A program made the position numbers and the translations under genes. The notes beneath the pieces are model-generated. The model had not been told where the DNA came from. It did no database searches and worked only from the letters and a program-made list of their open reading frames with translations. A DNA stretch of 62,872 nt, the filler included, from Dugesia japonica (taxonomy: Eukaryota): assembly GCA_001938525.1 (NCBI GenBank). It is 6 parts of 6 records of this genome, joined end to end, with 100 filler letters (N's around TTAATTAATTAA, not from the genome) between each part and the next. Parts side by side here need not be neighbours in the genome. Positions count along the whole stretch, not along the records: positions 1 to 11,377 come from MQRL01633243.1; positions 11,478 to 20,955 come from MQRL01529081.1; 4 more parts are not named here. One strand, given 5' to 3'. Below are positions 1 through 13,891 of the stretch, one piece after another. Each line of letters opens with the position of its first letter. Position 1 is the first letter of the stretch.

Positions 1-1405
1 TAAATATAAATGATTACAATAATTGCAATATTAATATTCAGTTAACTCGATTTCTATTGAATGAAATTATTAAAAATTAATTACTTCCTCATATCCCTCT
101 TCTTAAGAAACTTTCTAATACCTATTTCTCCTATCATATCTGGTGTCACTATTTCAGCAACTAAGAAAGTAATCTCTTTGCAAACTTCATCAATTATCAC
201 TCCAGTTGTGACTTTCCCAACAATTTCAAGTGTATTATCATTTGCACATCGCAATCTTTCATCACTCATTTCTAAATTTCCTTCTCGTAATTTATTAAAA
301 CAAATCAAACTTATCAGGTAAATTCGAGCCCCTGTATCTCATAAACATTCTACTTTATTTCCTTGAATTGAGACTGTAACACTTGGTCTGCTTTGCAATT
401 TATGGTACGAAATATTTGTTTTATTTTCTGCTTCAACTGTTCCAATTCATTCTACTTTTCTCTCATCCGCAAAATTTTCCCTCTTTAAGAATCTTTATAC
501 TCTTTCTGAAACTTTTTCGATATCATCCAACTTTTCGACCCCTTCAGGATAATTACTCACTTCATTTAACAATTGATGGCTCCAAACAACTCCTCTTCTG
601 ATGGAGCCTTTCTTTTTGGGTACTGACTTTCAGAATCACTTTCATATACTTCCTCATATTCATCGTTTGTAATTACATCTTTATTTTCAATGTCATGTAC
701 TCGATTATATCAGTTTCTTGATCTTTATGCAGTCATAAATATTTTACTTGTTCTTTTCATTTTTAAATTTGTTTAGCACTACTCTGCCCTATTTCCAGCA
801 TTACCACATCGTTTACACCTCATTTCTTGACATAACCTTCTAATATGTCCAACCTTTCCAAAACCAAAACATTTTGTTGGTTTTTTATTTGGACAATCTC
901 GACTTATATGTCCTGTTTTATGACAAGTCCAACACTCGACCACTTTTTTGTTTGGACAATTTGCTTTAACCATCATTCGATATTTTGTTTTCCCTTTTAT
1001 TGCTCAACGTGTCTATTCACTGTATGATTTACAGGTTTCTGATAATTTCGACTTGTAATTCTCGCATAAACGTGATCTCTGTTTTTCTCNACTTGATCTA
1101 CTAACGTCATTGTTTATTCAATTTCTTCTATATTCTTTCGTTTCCGCAAAGTCACTTCAACTTTTTGTTATCTGAACAATATACTAGCATTTTTGCTATC
1201 ACTGCCATCATGTTAGGTAAATCTTCAATTGGTAATTCATTTTCCAAATAACAACTAATATTTTTAGACATCATTTGTTTTACTANNNNNNNNNNNNNNN
1301 NNNNNNNNNNNNNNNNNNNNNNNNNNNNNNNNNNNATCAATATTAATATTCAGTTAATTCGATTTCTATTGGATGAAATTATTAAGTAATAATTATTTCC
1401 TCATA
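1..1405 (-). mobile_element. Internally deleted Ty3/Gypsy LTR element (copy 1): 5' LTR 1211-1405, gag zinc knuckles, protease, integrase tail, PPT, start of 3' LTR (<=1-93)
   Basis: CCHC knuckles (CWTCHKTGHISRDC) in ORF 779-976; protease-like ORF 81-308 fused directly to the integrase C-terminus RKFLKKRDM; purine tract at 94-104 next to the LTR; LTR sequence shared with 5692-5877 and 6263-6454. Confidence 0.88.
1199..1210 (-). other. Degenerate primer-binding site (tRNA-Leu-like)
   Basis: TGATGGCAGTGA immediately follows the LTR end ...CCTAACA; 2 mismatches from TGGTGGCAGTGG. Confidence 0.4.
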
Positions 1406-2292
1406 ATTAATATTATTATTCTTTTATTAACCTCCGAGGTTTTACGAATTTCTCCTCTTTTAAATTTCACCCTCGAGCTTCCTTCATTTGTTCGGCTAGT
1501 GTAACGCACCTTGGTACCATAAGATACTACTCTTTACTAAGCTTCTGGCTTAGTAAATTTTTTTATATATCAAATTTTACTCACATTTTTACATAGCTAC
1601 TACTTTTTACTAAGAGCTTTTCATCTGATGTATTCAACTTTTAAAATCTACAAAGTTACTAGCTTATAACCAAAAAACAGGATAACTAATGTTTTATTAT
1701 CATTATTTATTATTGTTAAATTAATATTTATTGTAATTATTAAATTATAATTTATTGTTATTAATTTATAGAATGAACTGGAATTGAAACCGATTACTTC
1801 TGAAAATAAATGTGGAAAAACTATCAAAGAATTCCGTATTGAATGTCAAATTATTTTGAGATTTAGCGATGAATCTATTTCAAATTTCTTCTATAATTCC
1901 AGTACTGATGCAAGTTTACAAAAACTACTCACAGCTATTATAAAATTCGATGATTCTAGTAAAATAAATTTATTGTTTTATTTATATTATTTTAATTGTT
2001 ATTGTGAGTATGTTTTGAAAAGCGAGTTGACATTTTTGTGCTTCAGTTGGAAATTATTTTTTTAACAAAATCGAAAGTCACAAATTAATTACGAAATTAA
2101 ATTAACTTTTTCTTACAAAAATTATGAATAGTTTAAGGATTAATTTAAATATTTCTATACACAATTTATTGTAGATTTTTAAAAATGACAATTTTGTTTT
2201 AAAATTTTGGAAGATTTTTAAATGATATTTTAAAAGCAAATGACTATTGTTTTAAAATTGCACGTTTAAAGAACAACTTTTTTCCTTTCAAT

Positions 2293-2705
2293 TTATTTAT
2301 TCCAATTTTCTTTTATTACCTCAAATAATTTCTCTATTGGATCTCCAATGACATTGTCACGCCACATAAATTCATTAAGATAAACTTGTAAATATTCTTT
2401 TCTAATTCGCATATTTTTACAACAGGATTTTCGTTTATTCCAATATGATTCGACATTCTGGGTGTGAGCTCCTGTTTGAGGGTTAATGAAGTTCATTTTA
2501 TGATTAACTGTCAGGTTTTCATATCCCAGTGTAGCAAGATAGCAATAAGCTCTTGATTATTTCATCACTATGTATAATGCTACCTGGACGCACTATCTGA
2601 GTAATTATTGGCAATGAAGTATCAGCTTTTCTATCAGGTACCCCCTGCATAAATCATTTAGCTGGAACATAACTGAAGTCTACAATTCCAAATACCCATA
2701 TTTGG
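2293..2705 (-). mobile_element. Merlin/ISXO2 (IS1595-family) DDE transposase remnant
   Basis: WVFGIVD...PGSIIHSD...TVNH..NFINPQTGAHTQNVESYW...YLNEFMWR motifs, frameshifted. Confidence 0.85.
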
Positions 2706-2709
2706 GCAT

Positions 2710-3243
2710 TTGAAACTCGATGATTCTTTCAACGGATCTACTTTGGCTTGCTCTCAGCAAGAGCAATTAATTTATTTGAAAAATGATTTAGTTTTGAAGC
2801 GATTGTTTGGAGAGCTGGAATTGTCTGCGTTTTGGATTTGGCTTTATGATCAGTATCATGTATTAAGCAAAAATGCTATAAAAAATTTGCTTCCATTTGG
2901 TTCATCATATTAATGTGAATTGGGATTTTCTGTGCTAACAGAAATAAAATCAAAAAAGCGTGAACGGTTACGAAAACTTGATAAAGAAATGCGAGTTTGC
3001 CTCTCAAATATCCAGCCTCGTATAGAAACAATTTGTGAAGAAAAACAGGCCCACTTTTCTCATTAGATTTATATTTTGTTAAATAAATTTGTGTGATATC
3101 TATGAAGCTATAAATATTATTAAAATTATTAAAAAAACCGTTTAAATGAGGAAATTTCTTAAGTTTGACTTTTAAGAATAAAAACTAAAAAAATGATTTT
3201 TTATTTTACTGTGCCGAGCGAAGAAAAAGTTTGACAGACATTG
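2710..3243 (+). mobile_element. hAT (Buster/Charlie-type) transposase C-terminus and right end
   Basis: FWI...LLPFGSSY*CELGFSVLTEIKSKKRERL...MRVCLSNIQPRIETICEEKQAHFSH dimerization region; degenerate terminal ...AAAGTTTGACAGACATTG. Confidence 0.8.
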
Positions 3244-3499
3244 GAATAAACAAATAATGATGGACATAGTTTTGTTTTGTGAATAAATCTTTTATGGAAA
3301 CGAGTTTTGATATTAATTATCCGATAAGTGTTTTAATTTCATCTAACAGTTATCATTATTGTTTTGTAAATTACTTGAATTCATTATTATCAGGAATACC
3401 GGAAAGTAATCATGTAAAGTCAAAAATTTATAAAACAGCTATTGTATTAATACAAATTACACATTCCTTAAGATAAGTCCATTCTTGAATAAATTACCA

Positions 3500-3730
3500 T
3501 CTTTTGAGACAAAGAATGTCGTTAAGACAGAATAATATCATCCATATTTTCAATATTGTGTTCCTAAAACTATGTTCAACTGAACAGAATGGATAATAAT
3601 CTGTTGGTGATCTTACTAGGGGAATTTTGTAGGATTTGGTAAAACTTTCCAGTCCAGTTGCCGGATTTTCTCTTGAGTCCACATTGCTGAATGAGGTTTG
3701 GCCATATCAAATTACCCTGTTCGATTTTAC
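3500..3730 (-). mobile_element. mariner transposase remnant
   Basis: AKPHSAMWTQEKIRQLDWKVLPNP...SPTDYY.F.SVEHSFRN matches the mariner ARPH...WEVLPHPPYSPDLAPSDYHLF region. Confidence 0.7.
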
Positions 3731-5691
3731 AAAAGCTCTCAAATTTAATTTTAATTCCTTATGTCATGGGTCCAATTGCTCAAAATTAAATCATTTTTAA
3801 ATATTTAAATTTGTATTATAAAATAATTTATAAATAGATAAATTATCATTTTCATTATTTATAAAAATAACTAAATATGTATTGATTTTTTTTTGGTAAT
3901 TTTGTTAATATACTTAAAATTTTCATATTTCGGTTGGTCAATAAAATATATTTTTTAATGTATTTTTAATTATTAAAATTTTAGATAACATATAAGATAT
4001 AACATTTTAAAAAGAATAGACTATAAAATATTGTTAATGGAATGTTTTTTACTGTATTTTTAAATTTGACATTAAATAAATTTTAAATAAAATAAAAGAA
4101 AATATATTTATATTTATAGTTTTGTTTTTGAGAATTAATTTTCTATGAAATTCAGTTTTAATATTAATGATCCGATGAGTACTCCAAACTCATCTAACAA
4201 TTGTATTTTCAACAAAGATTGTCACATGAAACTTAAAATCAAATAAAATTTAGAGTGATTTAATTAAATAAAAAAACAAATCAAAAAAATTATAAGATTT
4301 TTTTCAAAAATTAAAATTTTAAAAGTTCTTCAAATAATTTGATTAATCGTTTTATTCTGTGCAAAAACTATTCGTTTTTTGAAAAAAAATGTGGTTAATG
4401 CAATCAATATTTAATTTTAAGAATATTGTCAATCTTTTTAATTAATATGACATACCAACAAGTCTAAAAAATAGTCAAGTCAAAATAGACAAAAAGAATT
4501 TTCATTTATGAATAAACTTTTTAATTTGAAGAACCGTCATGAAATATGACAGTGAAAATGTTCTTTTTACAAATTATCTCATTGAAATATATATTTGAAA
4601 CTTCAAAAACTAAAGAATAATTATTAGACTTAACTATTGATCGTATTTGGAGATTAAATTAAATTGAAATTATAATTTTAGACTTTTTTCTTTTTCAGGA
4701 ATTCTCTTTGAAGACGACACTAGTCGAAAATTCGAGTAACTACCAAAAAAAGAAATAAAATAAATTAACGATAATTAATTACATAATAATTAAAAGTGCA
4801 GTAATAAAAATAATTATTACTTTGGTGAAAATTTTCTTTTTTACCATATAAATATGAAATAAATTTGATTTTCTGATTAAAATTAAAATTCATTTTTATT
4901 ATATTTTTATTTTTTTATAATGTTTTCAACATTTTTATAAACAAAAATTTAATTAATAATTTCAATTAATTAAAATGAATTATTTTGAAGTTATTTAATT
5001 TTGTATTAATCAATTTATTTTTATTTTAAATTTTAAAATTTTCAAATAATTTCTATTTCAATATTTTTATTTATATTTCCAAATTTTTCTATTAATAAAT
5101 GAGTTGATATATTTTATTAGAAAGATTCTCGCTGTTGTGGATTACGCAAATTATATTGACAATTATAATTATATCCTTAATTATATTTGTAATTGTGGAG
5201 AAAAAATTTAGAAGAAATAAATTAAAAGTTTGTTTTAGTTAATTTTAATATTGATTTAATAATCATTATAATAACTATTTTTTTGTATAGATTTATTCAA
5301 ATATAAATATTAAAATAAATAAAAAATTATTGCATGATATCATTGACTAGGGTCCATTTTTATCTTAATCTGCTTCATTTACTACATTTCCGTCTTATAT
5401 ATTTAGTGCATGTTTGTATTTTTATAGTGTGTTAGTGTATTTATATATGTTTGTATATTCAGTGTATGTAGTTTTTTAATGAATGCTGTTTTAATGCTGT
5501 GTCTTTAATACATGCTAGTTTAGTGTCGACTAATTGGCTAAATTTGCAATTATTTTTGTCGAAATAATACCTTATGAAAGAAATAANNNNNNNNNNNNNN
5601 NNNNNNNNNNNNNNNNNNNNNNNNNNNNNNNNNNNNNNNNNNNNNNATGCGCTTTTATAATTGCTTAACTCTTTGTTTAAATATAATAAAC

Positions 5692-8600
5692 TGTTAGGTA
5701 AATCTTCAATTGGTAATTCATTTTCAAAACCACAATTGCTTTTACGCATAACTTATTTCTATGCACACAGCTATCTCACTCATATTATCATATAATAATA
5801 GAATTATTAAAATATTAATATACAATCAAATCGCTTTCTATTGGCTAAAATTATTAATTAATAATTATTTCCTTAAATCCTTCTTCTTAAGAAACTTTCT
5901 ATGTTTTCCCAGATTTCTATCTAATTGCTGTCGATTTTCTTACTGTACTGCATACCATCTTTCGTGATTTTCTCAATTATTGGATAAGGACCTTCGAATC
6001 TGTCCTGGCTTTTATTTCTTTTATTTATACCTTGATGAGTACAAAATCGCCCACTTTAAATTCTCTTTTAGTAGTCACTTCTGAAATTCTTTCCTTATTT
6101 CTCTCTGAAATGTCTGACTCGTACCACTTTTCTATAATAATTTTCTTTCCAAAAACCATCTCAGCTAAACTCTTTCTAGTTGTCTTCTACTTTGTTGAAT
6201 TCATCGTAAATTCGATTTCGGGTCAAAAATCTACCAAATCTGTTGTCTTTCTCTTTTGAAGTTGTTAGATAAATCTTCAATTGTTAATTCATTTTGCAAA
6301 TCAGAATTCATATTGTTAGACATTTTTTATGTTACTACTATGAACTATACTTAATTAAAGAAATGATTATTGAATAGTTTCTTAAAAATTTTTATCCAGA
6401 ATTAACTCAATTTCTATTGGCTCAAAATTATTAAATAATAATTATTTTTTCATATCCCCCTTCTTAAGAAACTTTCTAAGTATTTCCACATTTCTTTCTA
6501 ATCGCTGTACATTTTCTCCTTGTACTGCATACCGCCTTTCATGAATTTTCTCAATTATTAGATAGGGTCCTTCCAATCTGTCTTGGCTTTTATTTCTTGT
6601 TTCAACCTTGATGAGTACCATATCGGCCACTTTGAATTCTCTTTTAGTAATCAGGTCTGAAGTATTTTCTTTAGCTCTTTCTGAAACGTCTGACTCATAC
6701 CACTTTTCTCTGCTAATTTTCTTTCCAAATAAAATCTCAGCCTGGCTCTTTCCAGTCGTCTTCTGTTTTGTTGCGTTCATTGTAAATGCTATTTCCAGTA
6801 AAAGATTTGCCCAATCTGTTGACTTTCCTTCCTGAAGTGTTGCATCAATCAAATCTCGAATTGTCCTGAACTGTCGGTCAATTTGTCCGTTTGCATTATG
6901 ATGATAGGGACTCGAAAAGCAAAGTTTAATATCTAGCTTCTGTGCCAACTCTCTCATAANNNNNNNNNNNNNNNNNNNNNNNNNNNNNNNNNNNNNNNNN
7001 NNNNNNNNNCTTGTCTAGGCAATGGTATAAGAACCATATATTTACTGTACTGGTCGATTATTCCAAGAATGTATTTTTTACGTTCACTTGTTTCCCCCAT
7101 GGCCTCACATATATCTGCGAATATCATTTCAAATAAATTGGCAGCTTCTAAACTTTTTATCTTCTCTTTAGTTGCTTTTGTCACTACTTTGGTCTTCTGT
7201 CAAATTTCACAACTTCGAACAATCTTCTGTATTTGGCTGCAAAATTTTTTGCCATATATTTTTTTCTCATATATTCGTACTATTTCTATACGGTTTTACA
7301 TTGATTGGTTCACCATTTGTGATTATTTTGTGTCCTGTCAGATGTGTNNNNNNNNNNNNNNNNNNNNNNNNNNNNNNNNNNNNNNNNNNNNNTTCAATAA
7401 TTTTCAATAACCGTTGATCCTCTTTAATCTTCAAGATATTTAAAGCTCTTCTCAATCGCTCTCCTATTTTAATTTGTCTTCTGAATTTTGCGTTAATATT
7501 ACAAATGTAATTTTTGAATTTTTCATCTGTTTTGCAATCGACCTTTCGCATAAGCTGGTATCCAAATATCTTCTGTATAGCTATTCCTCCTATCAGATCT
7601 GGTGTTAATCTATCAGCAACTAAGAAAGTAATCTCTTTGCAAACTTCATCAATTATCACTCCGGTTCTAACTTTCCCAATAATTTCAAGCGTACTATTAT
7701 TTGCACAACGCAATCTTTCATCACTCATTTCTAAATTTCCTTCTCGTAATTTATTAAAACAAATCAAACTCATCACATTAATTCAAACCCCTGTATCTAA
7801 TAGACATTCTACTTTTTTTCCTTGAATTGATACCGTAACACTTGGTCTGCTTTGCAATTTATGGTACGAAATATTTGTTTTCTTTTCTGCTTCAACTGTT
7901 CCAATTCATTCTACTTTTCTCTCATCCGCAAACTTTTCCATCTTTAAGAACCTGTTTACTTTTTAGTAACTTTTTCTATATCATATCATTTATCGACCCC
8001 TTAAACTTCATTTAACAATGGATGGCTCCAACCAACTCCTCTACTGGTGGAGCCCTGGCTTTTGGGTACTGCCTTTTGGAATCACTTTCATATGCTTCCT
8101 CATATCCATCGTATGTACTGACATCTTCATCTTCAATCGCATGTACTCGATTATATCGGTTTCTTGATCGGTTTCTATGCAGTCATAAATATTTTACTTG
8201 TTCTTTTCATTTTTAAATTTATGTACCACTCCTCTGCTCTATGTCCACTATTACCACATCATTTACACCTCACTTCTTGATATAACCTTCTAATATAACC
8301 TACCTTTCTAAAACCAAAACATTTTGTTGGTTTTTTGTTTANNNNNNNNNNNNNNNNNNNNNNNNNNNNNNNNNNNNNNNNNNNNNNNNNNNNNNNNNNN
8401 NNNNNNNNNNNNNNNNNACATAACCAACACTCAATATTTCGTCAATAATTGGTTTTTCCTTTCTTTGCTCCACGTGTCTATTCACTGTATAATTTACAGG
8501 TTTCTGATAATTTCGATTAGTAACTCTCGCGTAACTTCTAACTGCATCAACTCGATCTCAGTTTTTCTCTACTTGATCTACTAACGTCATCGTTTCTTCT

Positions 8601-9870
8601 ATTTCTTCTATATTTCTCTCGTTTCCGCGAAGTCACTTCTTTAACTTTTTTGTTATCTGAACAATATACTAGCATATTTGAAACCATTTTTTCTTCAGTA
8701 AAATCTTTGATAGTAAATAATCTTGTTACTAAATCTTTTACATTTCTAAAATAAACTTGAATCTCTTCATTTAAACGTCTGTAGTTAATCAAATTTTGAA
8801 AATCTTTGATAACATCTTTCTCTTTCTCAAATCCCATACGTAAACGATCCTGAAAACCTTCAACTTTTTTNNNNNNNNNNNNNNNNNNNNNNNNNNNNNN
8901 NNNNNNNNNNNNNNNNNNNNNNNNNNNNNNNNNNNNNNNNNNNNNNNNNNNNNNNNNNNNNNNNNNNNNNNNNNNNNNNNNNNNNNNNNNNNNNNNNNNN
9001 NNNNNNNNNNNNNNNNNNNNNNNNNNNNNNNNNNNNNNNNNNNNNNNNNNNNNNNNNNNNNNNNNNNNNNNNNNNNNNNNNNNNNNNNNNNNNNNNNNNN
9101 NNNNNNNNNACATTTTTTATTTTACTACTACAAACTATACTTAATAAGAGAAATGAATATTGAGTAGTATTTTAAAAATCTTTATCCAGAATTAACTCAA
9201 TTTCAATTTGCTCAAAATTTTTAAATAATAATTATTTCCTCATAGAAGTGGTGCATTAATTAAATTTCGAATTATCCTGAACTGTCTCTCAATTGTCCGT
9301 TTGCATTGTGATGTTAAGATCTCGAATATCAAAGTTTAATATCTAGCTTCTGTGCAAACTCTCTCATAACTCTGGATTCAAAGGGTTTCCCACAATCTTG
9401 TCTTATCTCAATCGGGCATCTAAATCTTAATATCCACTTTTCAAAAACAGCTTTTCCTATTGTTTCATCATCTTGTCTAAGCAATGCTTTAAAAACCAGA
9501 TATTTACTGTACTGGTCTATTATTTTAAGAATACATTTTTTTCGTCCACTTGTTTCTATCATTGGCTCACATATATCTGCGAATATCACTTCAAATAAAT
9601 TGGTAGCTTCTAAACTATTTGTCTTCTTTTTAGTTGCTTTTGTCACTACTTTGGTCTTCTGACAAATTTCACAACTTCGAACAATCTTCTGTATTTGGCT
9701 GCACAAATTCTTTGCCATATATTTCTTTCTCGTATATTCGTACATCTTCTCAACTTCTGCATGACATAATAATTGGTGTATTTCTTATATTACTTCATGA
9801 ATTTTGTCATCCATCATTTTAATTTTCTTGATTACATTATTTCTTCAGAAATCTTTGATTGATCCTTTTT
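5692..9870 (-). mobile_element. Ty3/Gypsy copy 2 (3' LTR 5692-5877 plus integrase), split by insertion of copy 3
   Basis: Integrase C-terminal part at 5880-6262 and N-terminal part at 9245-9870 (ORF 9329-9745: CEICQK...IFADI...IIDQYSKY...QDCGKPFES) are collinear across the insertion. Confidence 0.85.
6263..9244 (-). mobile_element. Ty3/Gypsy copy 3 nested in copy 2: both LTRs, gag, protease and integrase present; most of RT/RNase H deleted
   Basis: 3' LTR 6263-6454; 5' LTR ends at 9244; 5-bp TSD GAAGT at 6258-6262 and 9245-9249; integrase ORFs 6442-7184; protease 7417-7850; RT start joins the integrase at ~7290. Confidence 0.92.
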
Positions 9871-11377
9871 TTGTGATTTTTTATTATACCTTTTATTCAA
9901 TTAATGCATAAATGGTGCAATTTAGTTTTCTTGTTTTTCTTTAATTGAAAAGTTTAAACGTTTAAAGAATTTAATGACTATTATTTCAAAATACACAGAA
10001 GGCCATAAAGTTTTTAAATTTCCGCGTAAATATATAGGAAAAATAGTTTAAAAAATCATAAATATCATAAGTAAATTCATAGAAGTCATTACTGATTACA
10101 TCTGTCTCAAATTACATAGACATCACTACTTGTGTGTAAGAATTTCTATTGCATAAATAATGATTAAATATGACATGTGCAATACAAATTCAACATTAAA
10201 GTATTTTAAAAGTTTTTATAACCCTTTTAAAATAAAATTTTGTCTATTTGCAAATTGTAAGTAGATAATTTATTCATTTTTACATTTAAGTTTAAAATTG
10301 AAATTGCGAATAACTCGCCACCTATCTTCAAACTTATTTAAAAGCATGATATATGTATTTGTCAATTTATTATCATTCTAATGATGTCAAAAATACATTT
10401 TCAAAATATTTCTAAAAGTTATTTGTTCTTTATTCTACGATTGTCTTGTAGTGAATACATTGTCCTATACTAATCTATTAAATATTGTATTAGCAGTTTT
10501 TAATTGCCTACTCCACAGTATCAAAGCCCAGGTCAGATGATAAAAATTGGAGTCTGGGGGTAGTTTTCAAACTTTAAAATCTTTGAAAACTCGTGACTAA
10601 CAGATTGGATTAAAATTCTTAGATAGCAGTTATGTCTCTAAAGCTTTCACGAGTCTCATGATACTAAGTTTGTCATTATATCATGTATATATCATTTTCG
10701 TTTTAATTGTAATTTTAAAAAGCTGAATTTAGAGTCTGATAAGCTGATTATTCTCCCTACTTTCCTGTCCTTTATTTTTCGTCATGAAGAACGAATTTTT
10801 CACGTCCCTTAGGTAATATATAGATGCTTTTCGTTTCTCATCTTAGTGATAGTGGATTCAACTCAAAAAATTGGAACGGCCTACGGTAGATCAAAATATT
10901 TTAGTTTATTGATATCACCGTTAGTAATCATTTGTATTAAAAACGTTAGCAGTGAAATATATTTTCCTTTTAATTCTCTATTACATGGTATCAAAACCGT
11001 GATGTGTGTAAAATAAAGTTTTGATGAAGATTGATTTTTAAAAGTTTGAGATTTTTAATAACGTTTTACCCTTAGATCGGATAAAACTTAACACAACTTC
11101 ATTGTGTTCATCATCTCATTTTGCATCCAACAATATCACGTTTGATCAGTAAATATGATTTTAAGTGAACTTTGACCTTTAAAATCGATATGTACTTTAG
11201 TTGCCATTTTGAATTGGAAGGAAACATTTTCAAAACATTTTGTTTGGATGTTTTTTTGCTTACTTTTTAGTTTTCTATTAAAATCCGAAAAACAAATTTC
11301 TAGATCATTTCTTCTGCAAGGGGTGGTATGACACATAAAATATAGATTTCGTATGAAACAGTATATAGGTAGTTTTT

Positions 11378-11477
11378 NNNNNNNNNNNNNNNNNNNNNNN
11401 NNNNNNNNNNNNNNNNNNNNNTTAATTAATTAANNNNNNNNNNNNNNNNNNNNNNNNNNNNNNNNNNNNNNNNNNNN
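11378..11477. other. Assembly linker N-TTAATTAATTAA-N (also at ~21000, ~31950, ~41292, ~49686)
   Basis: Identical 12-mer with stops in all six frames, embedded in N runs five times. Confidence 0.9.
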
Positions 11478-13816
11478 AGACGTTGAAAAAAGTAGAAGGT
11501 TTTCAGGCTCGTTTACGTATGGCATTTGAGAAAGAGAAAGATGTTATCAAAGATTTTCATTATTTGATTAACTATAAGCGTGGAAATGAAGAGGTTCAAG
11601 TTTATTTTAAAAATGTAAAAGATTTAGTAGAAAGATTATTTACAATTAAAGATTTTGCTAAGAAAAAATGGTTGCAAAGATGATAGTGTATTGTTCAGAT
11701 AACAAAAAAGTTGAAGAAGAAGTGACTTTGTGGAAACGAGAGAATATAGACGAAATTGAAGAAACGATGACTTTAGTAGATCGATTTGAGAAAAACAGAG
11801 ATCGAATTGATGCAGTTAGAAGTTCCGCGAGAGTTACAAATCGAAATTATCAGAAACCTGTAAATCATAACATGAATAGACATGTAGAGCAAAGAAAGGA
11901 NNNNNNNNNNNNNNNNNNNNNNNNNNNNNNNNNNNNNNNNNNNNNNNNNNNNNNNNNNNNNNNNNNNNNNNAGTTGTCATAAAACAGGACATATAAATCG
12001 AGATTGTCCAAACAAAAAACCAACAAAATGTTTTGGTTGTGGAAATGTTAGTCACATTAGAAGGTTATGTCGAGAAGTGAGGTGTAAACGATGTGGTAAT
12101 GGTGGACATAGTGCAGAAGAGTGCTACATAAATTTGAAAGCGAAAAGAACAAGTGAGAAATTTATGACTGCAGAAATATCAAGAAACGGATATAATCGAG
12201 TACATGCGATTGAAGATGAAGATGTCAGTACAAACGAAGGATATGAGGAAGTGTATGAAAGTGATTCCGAAAGGCAGTACCCAATAGGCAGGGCTCCACT
12301 AGTAGAGAAGTTGGTTAGAGCCATACATTGTTAAATGAAGTGAGTAATTATCCTCAAGTGGTCGAAAAGTCGGATGATATAGGAAATGTTACAGAAAAAG
12401 TATAAATATTCGTAAAGAGAGAATGTTTTGTGGATGAAAGAAAAGTAAAATGGGTTGGAACAGTTGAACCAGAACAGAAAACAAATATTTCGTACCATTA
12501 ATTGCAAGGTATACCAAGTGTTGTGGTATCAATTCAAGGAAATAAAGTTAAATTTTTATTAGATACTGAATTAGATACTAGAATTTAACGTGATGAGTTT
12601 GAGTTGTTTTAATAAATTAGTAGAAGGAAATTTAGAAATAATTGATGAAAGATTGCGTTGTGCAAATAATAGTACAGTTGAAATTGTTGGGAAAGTTAGA
12701 ACCGTAGTGATAATTGATGAAGTTTGCAAAGAGATTACTTTCGTAGTTGCTGAAAGAGTGATACTAGATCTGATAGGAGCAAAAGATATGCAGAAAAACT
12801 TTGGATACCAGCTTATCCATAGCAAAACGAATGAAAAAGTCAAAAATTACATTTGTAATATTGAAGCGAAATTCGGAAGACAAATTAAAAAAGGAGAGCG
12901 TTTGAGAAGAGCCTTATATATTTTGAAGATTAAAGATGATTGACGGCTATTTAAAATAATTGAAAGTGATGAAGATTCTTTTATGGCAGATAAATGGTAT
13001 GTAGGATGCATGCATTTGACAAGACACAAAATAATCACAAGTGATGAACCAATCAATGTAAAACCGTAAAGACAACCAATGAACCTAGAATCTAAAATTG
13101 AAGAAGCTATCCAAAACCTTTTTGAGAATAATATTATCCGAAAATGCAAATCTCCATGGAATACCATATTGATCTGTGTTCGGAGAAAGGAAAGGAAGGA
13201 CATAAGAATATGCTTGGAATTTAGAAAATTGAATGCTATAACGAAAGACAAGCCTTTTCGATGCCTAATGTCGATGAAATGCTGGACATGTTAGATGGAG
13301 CCAAATATTTCAGTTCAATCGATTAAGGAAATGCATACTATCAGGTAGAGCTTGAAGAAGAATCTCAAGAAAATACGGAGTTTTCAACGAAACATGGACA
13401 ATATTGTTTTAATAGAATGCCATTTGGCATCGCACCGGAACCAGGGCTATTTCAAGAGATGATGGCAAAAGTGGTAGGTGGAATNCATCGCACCGGAACC
13501 AGGGCTATTTCAAGAAATGATGGCAAAAGTGGTAGGTAGAATCAATGGAACCATGGTTTATCTTGATGACATTCTGATATTTACGAACAATAAAGGTCAA
13601 CACTATAAAGTCATTGAAAGAGTATTATTGGAAATAATGAAGGCTAGTTTAAGAATTAATCCAGAAAAGTGTGAGTTTCTTCAAAGCGAAATCAAGTTTC
13701 TTAGACACATAATTAGCAAGGATGGTGTTAGAACTGATTCGTTTAAAATAGAAGCAATAAGAACATTTTGCAGGCCTAACTGTGTGAAGAAGTTACGAAG
13801 TTTCTTGGGAAATTAG
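11478..13816 (+). mobile_element. Ty3/Gypsy copy 4: gag, zinc knuckles, protease and RT (pseudogenised, 3'-truncated)
   Basis: Same gag/protease family as copies 1-3; RT motifs SPWN..I.V, R.CLEFRKLN, RMPFG, YLDDILIF, LRSFLG. Confidence 0.92.
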
Positions 13817-13891
13817 AATGGACAGATAAAATAAACGATACTAAAAATATTTCTGTCTTAATCTTGATAAAGTTTTTTTTGCAGATAGATG

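Noticed and set aside
1773-2065. Possible host exon (ORF 1784-2065) after TTTATAG
   Set aside because: No recognisable family; adjacent sequence belongs to a dispersed repeat also present inverted at ~46130-46420
13428-13545. Tandem ~59-bp duplication in the RT
   Set aside because: It straddles a single N; most likely an unmerged contig or haplotype overlap
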